A stretch of 64,000 bases of DNA from Octopus vulgaris (Eukaryota), in NCBI GenBank assembly GCA_951406725.2, contig OX597814.1, forward strand, positions 190,340,001 to 190,404,000. The letters are read 5' to 3'. Position numbers and translations under genes: made by a program. The notes under the pieces were generated by a model. The model worked only from the letters and a program-made list of their open reading frames with translations, was not told the origin of the DNA and did not search any database. Below are positions 25,600 to 36,366 of the stretch, one piece after another; within the stretch, counting starts at the first letter, position 1, and each line of letters opens with the position of its first letter.

Positions 25600-26730
25600 G
25601 TTTAGGGGGAATAAAATGTGTACGTGAAATGTATAGAAATTCTGGAAGATTTTCTTCGAAATAAATCCATACATTTTTCGATACATCGATTCGTCGACGC
25701 GGGGCAATTTCATGTCACCCGATGATCCAGTCGCATACTTTAACCATCTTTTGATACGAGACCAATAGGCCTCAATGTGGTTCGTGCAAGTGCCAGTTTC
25801 AGGGTCGGCGAAATTCTTTGAATGGTTAACCGTTCTGTGAATGTAACCCAGCAGTTATAAGTTCCTACAGCTGGCCCATTTGTCTGTATGTATTAAAGTA
25901 CCGGGCAACACATTTTAGTATTACTTAAGAAGAGTGGGCTCGGTGCGCGTACTCGCGCATCCGCGCTAGCTAGTGGTGACTAGTCGATCCTTACTTTGTG
26001 TTTTATTTACTTTGCTAGGTAGTCGTTGTAGTATCGACTAGTCACGACTAGCTAACGCGAGTGCGCGAACCGGGACAATTCTTCTTAAGTGGTACTCACA
26101 TTTTCAATTATAACAGCTTCTAGTGTTGCTGTGCTTCTGTCGGGTACACGCTGTAGAAATCCTTTTTTCACAATGGTGTCATAACACCCGACAACCCACG
26201 TTTGATGGCCTATTCTCCCTACTTTGCTCTTCTTTTCAAAGAGCAAACTCTCATCTATTTCTACTTCCTGACCCGGACCACCGAGCGGAGCTTTGTCTCG
26301 AAGGATCTTCCCCGAACGCACTTCTCGACAAAACTCAAACCACTGGTTCGCGGTTTTGTTATCTACTCCGGTATATAAAGCCGTGGTAGATATAGGTGCC
26401 TCGAACACGAAATGGAAGACAATGTGAAATATTTTCTGTAAGAACAACTTTGACTTTTCCATAAAAAGTCTTTGTCCTTATTGAAATATTTTTCTTACAA
26501 TTTCCGCACCGCCACACAAATCCATCCACCGATCTGGCTGCTGTCTTCAAAGTCATATCGTGTGTGCAAACACGTTTTACTGGTGGCTAAAAATCCAATA
26601 ATCTCTCTAGAGTCAACTGCTTCAGTACTTCAAGTGGCGTACAAATTTTCAGTTTCTCGAACACGATGTTTTGCGCTGGTCAACTGATTCCATGTCGCTG
26701 GTCAAATGATTTTCTACTTGACCTCCATAG
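25600..26730 (-). pseudogene. Merlin / IS1595 (ISXO2-like) DDE transposase remnant
   Basis: WRCGNCKKNISIR, LGGPGQEVEIDES, VPDRS, NVLPGTLIHTDKW, TVNHSKNFADPETGTCTNHIEAYWSRIK; frameshift, TAA at 25855-25857 and a MITE insertion. Confidence 0.92.
25917..26096. mobile_element. 180-bp MITE inserted in the Merlin transposase
   Basis: About 65-70-bp imperfect TIRs AGTAYYACTTAAGAAGA...GACTAGTCGAT; 8-bp TSD CACATTTT (25909-25916, 26097-26104). Confidence 0.9.
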
Positions 26731-26790
26731 TCATTCGATGTATATGAAAAAAATCCTACTGTATCTTTTATAATTAAATATTAGGAATTA

Positions 26791-26989
26791 CCGCATTTTA
26801 ACGTGTATAAGGAACTCTTTTTCTGTCAAAAATTAGGTTTAAAAAATATGGGAGTTTCTTATACATGGATAGTATTATAATCCGGTCATCTTTCGTTTTA
26901 AGATCGCCTCATAATCCCTTACAAGACCTTTTTTTCCAAATTTTAAGTCCCTAAAAATTAGGGTGTTCCTTATACACGTTACAATGCGG
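26791..26989. mobile_element. Tc1/mariner-superfamily (pogo/Tc2-like) MITE
   Basis: 25-bp TIR CCGCATTKTAACGTGTATAAGGAAC, TA on both flanks. Confidence 0.85.
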
Positions 26990-27618
26990 TATATAAAAAA
27001 ATTTAATATTTTGTATATAGAAACGAGTAATTTACCGCACAAATTTTAACAACAAAATCTTATATGGACCCCGGTTGAGAACCACTGGTTCAGTTAAACA
27101 AAGCGATCCCCAGTGCTGTTCTTTTTCTTTTTAAGTCTGGTACATATATTGGTCTCTATTGCTGAGCCGCTAAGTTACGGGGACGTAAACAAAATACCGA
27201 TTGTCAAGCGGTTGTGGGTAACATACACACTCACATATTCGTGCGACGGCCTTCTTTTCCGTTTCTGTCCACCAAATCCACATACAAGGTTTAGGTCGCC
27301 CTCAGCTATATTGTTGAAGGCACTTGTCGAAGGTGCCATGCGATAGGACTGACTCTAGAACCATGTGGTTTGGAAGTAAATTTATCACACAGCCACGCCT
27401 GCACCACTTTCATCGAAATTTTCATAGTTTTCCAGTGATTTATTTCCTCTGACAGTTTATCTTAGATTTTATTTTTCAAGATTTACAATTTAATTTAAAC
27501 AAATCAATTAACTATCAATGTCGCCATTTAAAACAAAAAATAAAATCTTGGGTCTCTGTGTCTAAAAATGATTATTTTAAGCCTAAGGTACATAGGCTAA
27601 ATATAATATTCAGTTATC

Positions 27619-28026
27619 GGACCTTTTCGGTTTGAACGGCAGTTTTTTCTAGCGGTGTCATATGAAATTGTCACCCATAATTATGACCCTAGTATCGATC
27701 TATTGCATTTCAATCTGTATTAGGGGTGGAGGAAGGGTATCTTTTTTTCTTCAGAAATGTAAATAAACCCAATGTGTTTCTTAAACGAGGGACATATTCA
27801 TACGGCACAGAATGTTTTCACCTCAATAGATATCATTGATTGGTTGAAATTGCAGAAATTGAAGAAAAAAACATCAACAAATATCTTACAAACTATAGAA
27901 TTTTCTCAATAAAGCCAAGAAAAAAAAGATGTTTTATAAACACATTCTACCAGTATACGAAGTTTTAAAGTGTTTAGTTACGTGGAAATTATTTTTAAAA
28001 AACTGCCGGTCAAACCGAAAAGATCC
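27619..28026 (+). mobile_element. Merlin-like MITE copy 2
   Basis: Same TIR and body; 8-bp TSD CAGTTATC. Confidence 0.9.
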
Positions 28027-28689
28027 CAGTTATCAAGATGGAGATAACACAGATGAACTTTGGTGTATGTTTTCTCTTACGATTCATTCTCATTGCCCTG
28101 TGAATCGTTTTAAAATCATGCAAATTTACTTCAAGAAGCATTGGCACGCAATCAAACGCTAATGTTGCTAAAACAAAAACATCCCCCAACGACATTTCTT
28201 ATGTGGCGACGGCATAACAGAGTAATATGATGTTTATTTATATTTCATATAATTATTAACATTTTTACTTGGCATAATTATCAACATTTAAATTGTTTTT
28301 GTCCGTTTGTTTGTTTTTTTTTCTTTCTACAGTATCGTAGTTCATGTATATTATCGACTGATCTTAATTTTTTTTTTTTTTGTATAACAGCATTGTTATT
28401 GTTTAATCCCAAGTAGGCTTTTATTGACTTCGATAATGAAAAGCATTCCAGCTATGACCATCATAACTTTTCAGAGCTGTGTGTCACCAGCATTATATTA
28501 TCCATTTCATTTTTCTAACACTAGTGTATGTTCTGAGAGAGATTTTGTTCCTATTGCTTACAGGTCGTTGGTTTGACATTGTTATTACTTACAAGTCCAG
28601 ATTTTAGCATATATCCCTAATAGATCCTTAAAAAGAAAATCTAATGGACAATTTAAAATCTTATGTTTTAGATGAAATAAGTATATATG

Positions 28690-28750
<61 letters not shown>

Positions 28751-28751
28751 G

Positions 28752-29030
28752 TGGAGCTGCAATGGCCTAGTGGTTAGGGCAGCGGTTTCGATTCCCAGAC
28801 CAGGCGTGTGTGTTTATTGAGCGAAAACACCTGAAGCTCCTCGGGGCTCCGACAGGGTGGTGGTGGCGACCCCTGCTGTACTCTTCCGTCGCAACTTTCT
28901 CTCACTCTTTCTTCTGTTGGCCTGCTCGCTTAGCCAGCGGGGTGGAGTCATTTGAAGGCTAAAACAATGCCAAAGCGCATTGTAACCAGCGATGTGTAGC
29001 AACATCTGATAGCCTGGTCGGTCACGTGAT
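28752..29030 (+). mobile_element. SINE with an F-type head and a different 3' module
   Basis: 5' about 160 bp matches the 49007-49390 head; the remainder does not. Confidence 0.7.
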
Positions 29031-29410
29031 ATGTGGTAAGTAGCTCGTTTACCAACCACATGGTTCCGTGTTCAGTCCCACTGTATGGCACCTTGGGCAA
29101 GTGTCTTCTACTATAGCCTCGGGCCAACCAAAGCCTTGTGAGTGGATTTGGTAGACGGAAACTGAAAGAAGCCCGTCGTATATATGTGTGTGTATGTTTG
29201 TGTGTCTGTGTTTGTCTCCCTAGCATTGCTTGACAACCGATGCTGGTGTGTTTACGTCGCCGTCCATTAGCGGTTCGGCAAAAGAGACCGATAGAATAAG
29301 TACTGAGCTTACAAAGAATAAGTCCCGGGGTCGGTTTGTTCGACTAAAGGTGGTGCTCCAGCATGGCCGCAGTCAAATGACTGAAACAAGTAAAAGACAG
29401 TAGAGAGTAT
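29031..29410 (+). mobile_element. SINE family A
   Basis: Similarity to the other copies. Confidence 0.85.
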
Positions 29411-29497
29411 ATATACATACACACAGAGGTTTGTCGATGCTACAGGGAAAATAAATCTCAAGAGAAAGCGCGACTGGAAAGTCCTGTTGTTCATACC

Positions 29498-29733
29498 TAT
29501 TTCTTTATTGCCCACAAGGGGCTAATAAACACAGAGGGGACAAACAAGGACAGACATAGGTATTAAGTCGATTACATCGACCCCAGTGCGTAACTGGTAC
29601 TTAATTTATCGACCCCGAAAGGATGAAAGGCAAAGTCGACCTCGGCGGAATTTGAACTCACAACGTAACGCAGACGAAATACCGCTAAGCATTTCGCCCG
29701 GCGTGCTAACGTTTCTGCCAGCTCGCCGCCTTT
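29498..29733 (-). mobile_element. SINE family C
   Basis: TSD CTGTTGTTCATACC. Confidence 0.88.
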
Positions 29734-30173
29734 TGAACTGTTGTTCATACCGCCCTTCTCTTTAAATGTTTAGATAGAGCGAAAAACGGGCCTTAAAATT
29801 ATATATAAAGTCAAAGTAATTTAACGAGAATTAATTTGAATATACGTAATTTAAAACCAAAATTTTAAATTCCGCAAGAACTTTTTTGACAACCTAATAT
29901 ATATTATTGCTTATGGCCTGTCAGGGAGTTACTATTGGTTCCACACCTATAATGCTCTTTAGCAATATAGGGGACTTGTTGGGTCTACTGACTGGGGGCA
30001 CATAACCTCTCCTACTACTAGAAGTAAGAATACAGTCTTGGTCAGTCAAAGCTGTAAAAAAAAAAAACAAAATGAAACTCTATTGGGTGACATCACTTAT
30101 TGGTAAAATGGAGTTATTTCCCTTTGACCAATTTCAGTTGCATCCCAAAATGGGTCGGTGTATGTACAATTTT

Positions 30174-30596
30174 CATACCTACACAATTGTACCCCACCAA
30201 ATTTATTTCCTCATATCTTTCAGAAAAATGAATATTTTGTAATGAAATTTTCTACAGATACCTTTCAAGTGGTGTAGGTTACTATTAAACCATAATTCAA
30301 TGCAAAAAGTATTTCAAAAATTGAGTAACCACACACACACACATCCCATGCATATATCACATGCATATAACACATCCCATGCATATATCTACTTGAAATT
30401 TTTTTTAAATTGTGGTATGTGTTAGTATTTATATGTGTGCACTCAACAGTTTTTTTAGGTTTTCTCCTCATTAAATTCTGATGTAATCATAATCCAAACC
30501 ATCTGAAAAGTATCTATAGGAAATTTCATTAAAATATATCCATTGTTCTGAGAGTTATGAGGAAACAAAATCAGTAGGGTAGATTTGTGCAGTATG
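30174..30596. mobile_element. Old foldback MITE with about 115-bp imperfect TIRs; related fragments at about 24200-24420
   Basis: The two ends are imperfect reverse complements (e.g. AATGAAATTTTCTACAGATACCTTTCA / TGAAAAGTATCTATAGGAAATTTCATT). Confidence 0.55.
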
Positions 30597-30655
30597 CTAA
30601 AAAATTAATGTTTTGTGAGAGAAATACAGATTATAACTTTTTATTATTATTATTT

Positions 30656-30864
30656 TATCTTTTATCTTTTACTTGTTTCAGTCATTTGACTGTGGCCATG
30701 CTGGAGCACCGCCTTTAGTCGAGCAAATCGACCCCGGGACTTATTCTTTGTAAGCCCAGTACTTATTCTATCGGTCTCTTTTGCCGAACCGCTAAGTGAC
30801 GGCGACGTAAACACACCAGCATCGGTTGTCAAGCAAAGCTAGGGGGACAAACACAGACACACAA

Positions 30865-30900
<36 letters not shown>

Positions 30901-31070
30901 ATATATACGACAGGCTTCTTTCAGTTTCCTTCTACCAAATCCACTCACAAGGCATTGGTCGGCCCGGGGCTATAGCAGAAGACACTTGCCCAAGATGCCA
31001 CACAGTGGGACTGAACACGGAACCATGTGGTTGGTTATCAAGCTACTTACCACACAGCCACCCCTGCGCC
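30656..31070 (-). mobile_element. SINE family A
   Basis: Full-length. Confidence 0.88.
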
Positions 31071-32531
31071 TAAAATTTCTTTAGATTTGTTTTTAGACTT
31101 TGGTTATAATGATTCTGCTAAAAAAGAAAAATGGGCAGTCTTAATAGAGTGGTATTGGAAATTACTTAGTGCTCTACAAATTGTGATTTCTTTGGATGTG
31201 TGTGTTTCAAGCATCACATTGTGGATTACAATACTGAATTTAAGAGAGAGAGGGAGAATACAGAAAATTTTGAGGTTGTTGTGGGAATTTTTTTGGCTCC
31301 CCATCTTTTGTGATTCTTCTAGTTTTGATCTTTTCAGATTTATGTAATACATATTTTTTAAGAATCATAATTTTTAGATGCTTAAACATAATTCTGAAAA
31401 CATTTTGGGGCTCAAAAAAAAGTCAAAACTGAAAAAATCACAAAATGGAAATAGAAGCAAAATTCCATCACCCACCACCTCTTTAAAAATGCACTTTTGT
31501 ATCATAATCTACCATGCTTGAAATGTAGATGCTTGAAGTAAATCACTGCTGTTTGAGCACTAGATAATTTATGACTCAAGTACCCAGCACCTACTGTAAA
31601 GTGGTTGGTGCTAGGAAAGGCATCCAGCCATAGAAACAATGGTAAAGCAGACATTACAGAACAATGGAGTCTTTGGACACCGACTGGATCCTGTCGAACT
31701 ATCCAACTCCTGGAAAAATGGAACATGTACATCATATGATCATCATCATTCATTTAACATCTGTTCTCCATGCTAGCATGGGTTGGATGGTTTGACTGAG
31801 GTCTGGAAAGCTAGTGGCTGCATCAAGCTCCAATCTGATCTGGCATTGTTTCTACAACTGGATACCCTTCTTCATGCCAACCACTCCGAGAGTGTAGTGG
31901 ATGCTTTTTGTGTGCCACTGGCACAGATGGCAGCCAGGTGGCCCTGGCATCAATCATGTTTAGATAGTGCTTTTTATGTGCCACCAGCATGGGATACTTT
32001 TATAGGAATACAAAAAAAAATTACTATTGACTCGGGTATTTTGACAGAAAATGTAAAAAGGAGAGAAAATCCATGTAAAAAAATTATCAAATAATTGAAA
32101 TTAAAAGATTTATTTTTAGATTATCATAATCACCAATGTTTAAAGCAAATAATTGTGTAAAAAATTCAAGTAACCAAAAACCTATATAAAAAAAAATTAC
32201 ATAATGTTGTGAGAGTTTTTTTCTTTTTGTCAGAATCTCTGATGTTTTGAAATGTGATTCCACAAAATTTTTAGAAAAAGATTTTCATTGTTGAGGTTTT
32301 TTTTTTCTTTCTCTGAGAATCATAATCACCTGTCTTTACAACATAGAAATCTGAAGACAGTTTTAGAAAGAAAATTAAAAATAAGCTTCATCGGGCAAAC
32401 ACATAATCTGAAACTTCACAAAAATGCTAAATGACCCCCCACACACACACACACACAACTATGATATTGTTTTTGCTTCTTGTTTTGTTTTTATTCCTTT
32501 TTTTTTTAACATTATACTCTCTTATTTGCAG

Positions 32532-32675
32532 GGTTGGGACATAGGTGTTGTTGGGATGAAGAAAGGTGGGCATCGTGTTTTGGTCGTACCACCAAACCTT
32601 GCGTATGGTGAATCAGCCATGGGTATCCAAGTACCACCTAATTCTTCGTTAGTGTTCCAAATTGAAGTAACTCGG
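32532..32675 (+). CDS. FKBP15: FKBP15 exon, end of FKBP domain (GWDIGVVGMKKGGHRVLVVPPNLAYG...LVFQIEVTR)
   Basis: tgcAG / GTAACT; classical FKBP C-terminal half. Confidence 0.96.
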
Positions 32676-32814
32676 GTAACTATATTTTTTTTTTATTTCT
32701 ATCCTTGCTTATTTGTTTCTTCCATTTTATATGGAATTTGTTAGACAATATGGAAGTCCATTGTATGTATGTATCACCAGTGTATATCAGCAAGAAAATT
32801 GACAACCAAGTGCT

Positions 32815-33401
32815 TTCTTGTTTCTTTACTGCCCACAGGGGGCCACATGCAGAGGGGACAAACAAGGACAGACAAACGGATTAAGTCGATTACATCAACC
32901 CCAGTGTGTAACTAGTACTTATTTAATTGATCCCGAAAGGATGAAAGGCAAGTTGACCTTGGCGGAATTTGAACTCACAACATAGCAGCAGACGAAATAC
33001 CTATTTCTTTACTACCCACAAGGGGCTAAACACAGAGGGGACAAACGGATTAAGTCGATTATATCGACCCCAGTGTGTAATTGGTACTTATTTAATCGAC
33101 CCTGAAAGGATGAAAGGTAAAGTCGACCTTAGCAGGATTTGAACTCAGAACGTAGCGGCAGACGAAATACCTATTTCACAACCCACATGGGGCTAAACAC
33201 AGAGAGGACAAACAAGGAGAGACAAATGGATTAAGTTGATTCTATCGACCCCAGTGCGTAACTGGTACTTAATTTAATCGACCCTGAAAGGACGAAAGGC
33301 AAAGTCGACCTCGGCGGAATTTGAACTCAGAACGCAGCGGTAGACAAAATACCGCTAAGCATTTTGTCTGGCTGCTAACGTTTCTGCCAGCTCGCCGCCT
33401 T
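32815..33401 (-). mobile_element. SINE family C, trimer
   Basis: One head, three body+tail units. Confidence 0.88.
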
Positions 33402-33574
33402 TAGTAAACTTTCTAATAAACATTCCTTGTGGCATTCATTCTACCCATGTTGAACAGTCATTCCCATCAGCTCCAATGCAGAGAGCCAATGATTGACTTT
33501 CGGGAAAAATGTAACCAATGCCACTATTGTTCACAAAATGTGGTTATAATTTAAATTAATTAGACTTACCTTCA

Positions 33575-33914
33575 ACATCAATGGAAATTGTAGCTGTGAT
33601 ACCAGTGCCGGTGGCACGTAAGAGAACTATCCGTACATGGCCATTGCCAGCACCGCCCCGACTGGCCTCCGTGCCAGTGGCACATAAAAAGCACCATCCG
33701 ATTGTGGCCGTTGCCAGCCTCGTCTGGCACCTGTGCAGGTAGCACGTAAAAAGCACCCACTACACTCACGGAGTGGTTGGCGTTAGGAAGGGCATCCAGC
33801 TATAGAAACACTGCCAGATCAGACTGGGCCCGGCACAGCTTTCTGGCTTCCTAGACCCCAGTTGAACCGTCCAACCCATGCTAGCATGGAAAACGGACGT
33901 TAAACGATGATGAT
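33575..33914 (+). mobile_element. Repeat family B
   Basis: Same core and tail. Confidence 0.8.
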
Positions 33915-34094
33915 ACACTACTCTGCATATCTCTATTTTAGACTGCCTTCATTTGTTTTCATGATTAAAATTTCTGAGCACACTGAAAGCCACCGCCTCT
34001 CTGGGTGGGGTTCTTACAGAGTATAATAAAGCTGCTTATATAATCTGGTTTCCAATTTAAATGTAACTTTGCCATCTTTTTGTTTACTCTACAG

Positions 34095-34253
34095 GTAAAA
34101 TTATCTAAAAGTGAAGAGACATCAGAACCAAGTGCTGCTTCTGACTCTGTTATGCAATCTCCATCTGAAACTGGGAACTTTGATTCAGATGGAGCTCCAA
34201 CTGAAGAGACTGTTAAAAGCAGATCTCGATCTATTAATGAACAGTTGGCACAG
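34095..34253 (+). CDS. FKBP15: FKBP15 exon (VKLSKSEET...KSRSRSINEQLAQ)
   Basis: tacAG / GTAATT; 53 codons, phase 0/0. Confidence 0.9.
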
Positions 34254-35049
34254 GTAATTTCTTTTAATTATAAATTAAATTCAAAATGATTTTCCAGTAC
34301 CAAATACTTTGTTATAAATGATCAATACAATAATGATAACACTGTGTAACATTTTTTTTGTCTTTGGTCAATAAGTGATTTTTTCCTATTTGTTTCTGTC
34401 TAGAAATCAAAGAAAATGACTATTATTCCCGTCAAACTTTGCTTTTGTGACCTGGTCATCAATGTTTTGAAACTGACCAGTTTTCCATTACATTTCAGAC
34501 ACATTCAGCACTGAGTTGCTGAAGCAGAAATATCATCATCATCATCATCATCGTTTAGCATCTGCTTTCCATGCTGGCATGGGTTGGACGGTGCAACTGG
34601 GGTCTGGGAAGCCAGAAGGCTGCACCAGGCCCAGTCTGATCTGGCAATGTTTCTACGGCTGGATGCCCTTCCTAACGCCAACCACTCGATGAGTGTAGTG
34701 GGTGCTTTTTACATGCCACCAGCACAGGTGCCAGACGAGGCTGGCAAACAGCCACGATCGGATGGTGCTAGTAAATATTCTGCTCAACACCACAGATTTG
34801 CTTGCTAGTTGCTTGACCACAAGGTTGCTTGACCTTAACAAGTTTAGCATTTCCCTTAGTGGCTGATAATATATGAAACTCAGAGCAGGAGTAGTGGAGG
34901 AGCATCATAACCATGTGTTGAGAGGGATTCTTTAGGGTTTGAATAAATGTAACGAAAGCAAAGTATAAAGGAGATATTAGCCATTTTTCATACAAATAGA
35001 AAATAAAAGTTGCTACACAAGGACAAAAACCGTGTTACACTGTGTATAT

Positions 35050-35373
35050 GGAGCACTCCGTCAGTTACGACGACGAGGGTCCCAGCTGATACAATCAATG
35101 GAACAGCTTGCTCGTGAAATTAACGTGCAAGTGGCTGAGCAATCCACAGACACGTGTACCCCTAACGTAGTTCTCAGGGAGATTCAGCATTACACATACT
35201 GTGACAAGGCCGGCCCTTTGAAATACAGGTACAACCCACTTTTGCCAGCTGAATGGACTGGAGCAATGTGAAATAAAGTGTCTTGCTCAAGGACACAACG
35301 CATCGCCGGGAATTGAACTCACGACCTTACAATCGTGAGCCGAATGCCCTAACCACTAAGCCACACACCTTCA
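35050..35373 (-). mobile_element. SINE with a D/E-type head and an F-type 3' module
   Basis: 3' half matches 49007-49195; head matches 17552/21352. Confidence 0.75.
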
Positions 35374-35425
35374 CAGTGTAATTTCAAATCTATTAACCAA
35401 GTCTGTTTTTTGGGTTTTTTTCCAG

Positions 35426-35548
35426 TCTCCTAAAAGTGATAAAGCCCGACTAATATCTCGAATGGCACGGATGGGGCAACCTATGTTGCCTGTAGCCGGA
35501 GTTTCGGTTTCTTTAGCAAGTGGTGACAGTGAAACTGAAGATACACTG
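35426..35548 (+). CDS. FKBP15: FKBP15 exon (SPKSDKARLISRMARMGQPMLP...SETEDTL)
   Basis: tccAG / GTAAGT; conserved LISRMAxMGQPMLP motif. Confidence 0.94.
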
Positions 35549-35587
35549 GTAAGTGACTATCCAGAGAAATTGGCATTTAATCCTTTA

Positions 35588-35808
35588 TATTTCTTTATTG
35601 CCCACAAGGGGCTAAACATAGAGGGGACAAACAAGGAAAAACAAAGGGATATCAACCCCAGTGCGTAACTGGTACTTTATTTATCGACCCCGAAAGGATG
35701 AAAGGCAAAGTCGACCTCGGTGGAATTTGAACTCAGAATGTAACAGCAGGCGAAATACCACTAAGCATTTCACCCGGCGTTCTAACGTTTCTGCCAGCTC
35801 GCTGCCTT
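35588..35808 (-). mobile_element. SINE family C
   Basis: 18-bp TSD TTGGCATTTAATCCTTTA. Confidence 0.9.
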
Positions 35809-36069
35809 TTGGCATTTAATCCTTTAGCATTCAGCTTATAATGCTTATTATAATGTTTATTTATTCACATTTTGAATTAACTGTGCGTTATCCCACAGCT
35901 TTGAGATTTCAACAATGTGGTTGTTTATTTTTAGAATGACATTGTGGGTTGGTTTCAGAGGCTATATGTGGTCAGTTTGAACATAAAACAGGTAGAATAT
36001 GATGAGCTTAAATACTAAACAGGTCAGATATGACCAGCTTAAATACTAAAGATAAAAATTTTTTTAAAA

Positions 36070-36366
36070 ATTCGAGCGAGGTCGTTACCAGTGTCGCTGG
36101 ATTGGCTCCTGTGCAGGTGGCACGTAAAAAACACCATTTGAGCGTGGCCGTTGCCAGTACCGTCTGACTGGCCCTCATGCCGGTGGCACATAAAAGCATC
36201 CGCTACACTCTTGGAGTGGTTGGCGTTAGGAAGGGCATCCAGCTGTAGAAACTCTGCCAGATCAGATTGGAGCCTGGTGCAGTCATCTGGTTCGCCAGTC
36301 CTCAGTCAAATCGTCCAACCCATGCCAGCATGGAAAGCAGACCTTAAACAATGATGATGATGATGA
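36070..36366 (+). mobile_element. Repeat family B
   Basis: Same core and tail. Confidence 0.8.

Noticed and set aside
26085-26462. IS1595-like ORF as bacterial contamination
   Set aside because: Embedded in an intron among host SINEs, decayed and interrupted by a MITE; fits the eukaryotic Merlin superfamily.
34092-34100. AG|GT exon starts (21106, 34095, 48833, 57811) as recursive splice sites
   Set aside because: Explained by Val codons or chance, weak donor consensus, and no supporting evidence in the sequence.
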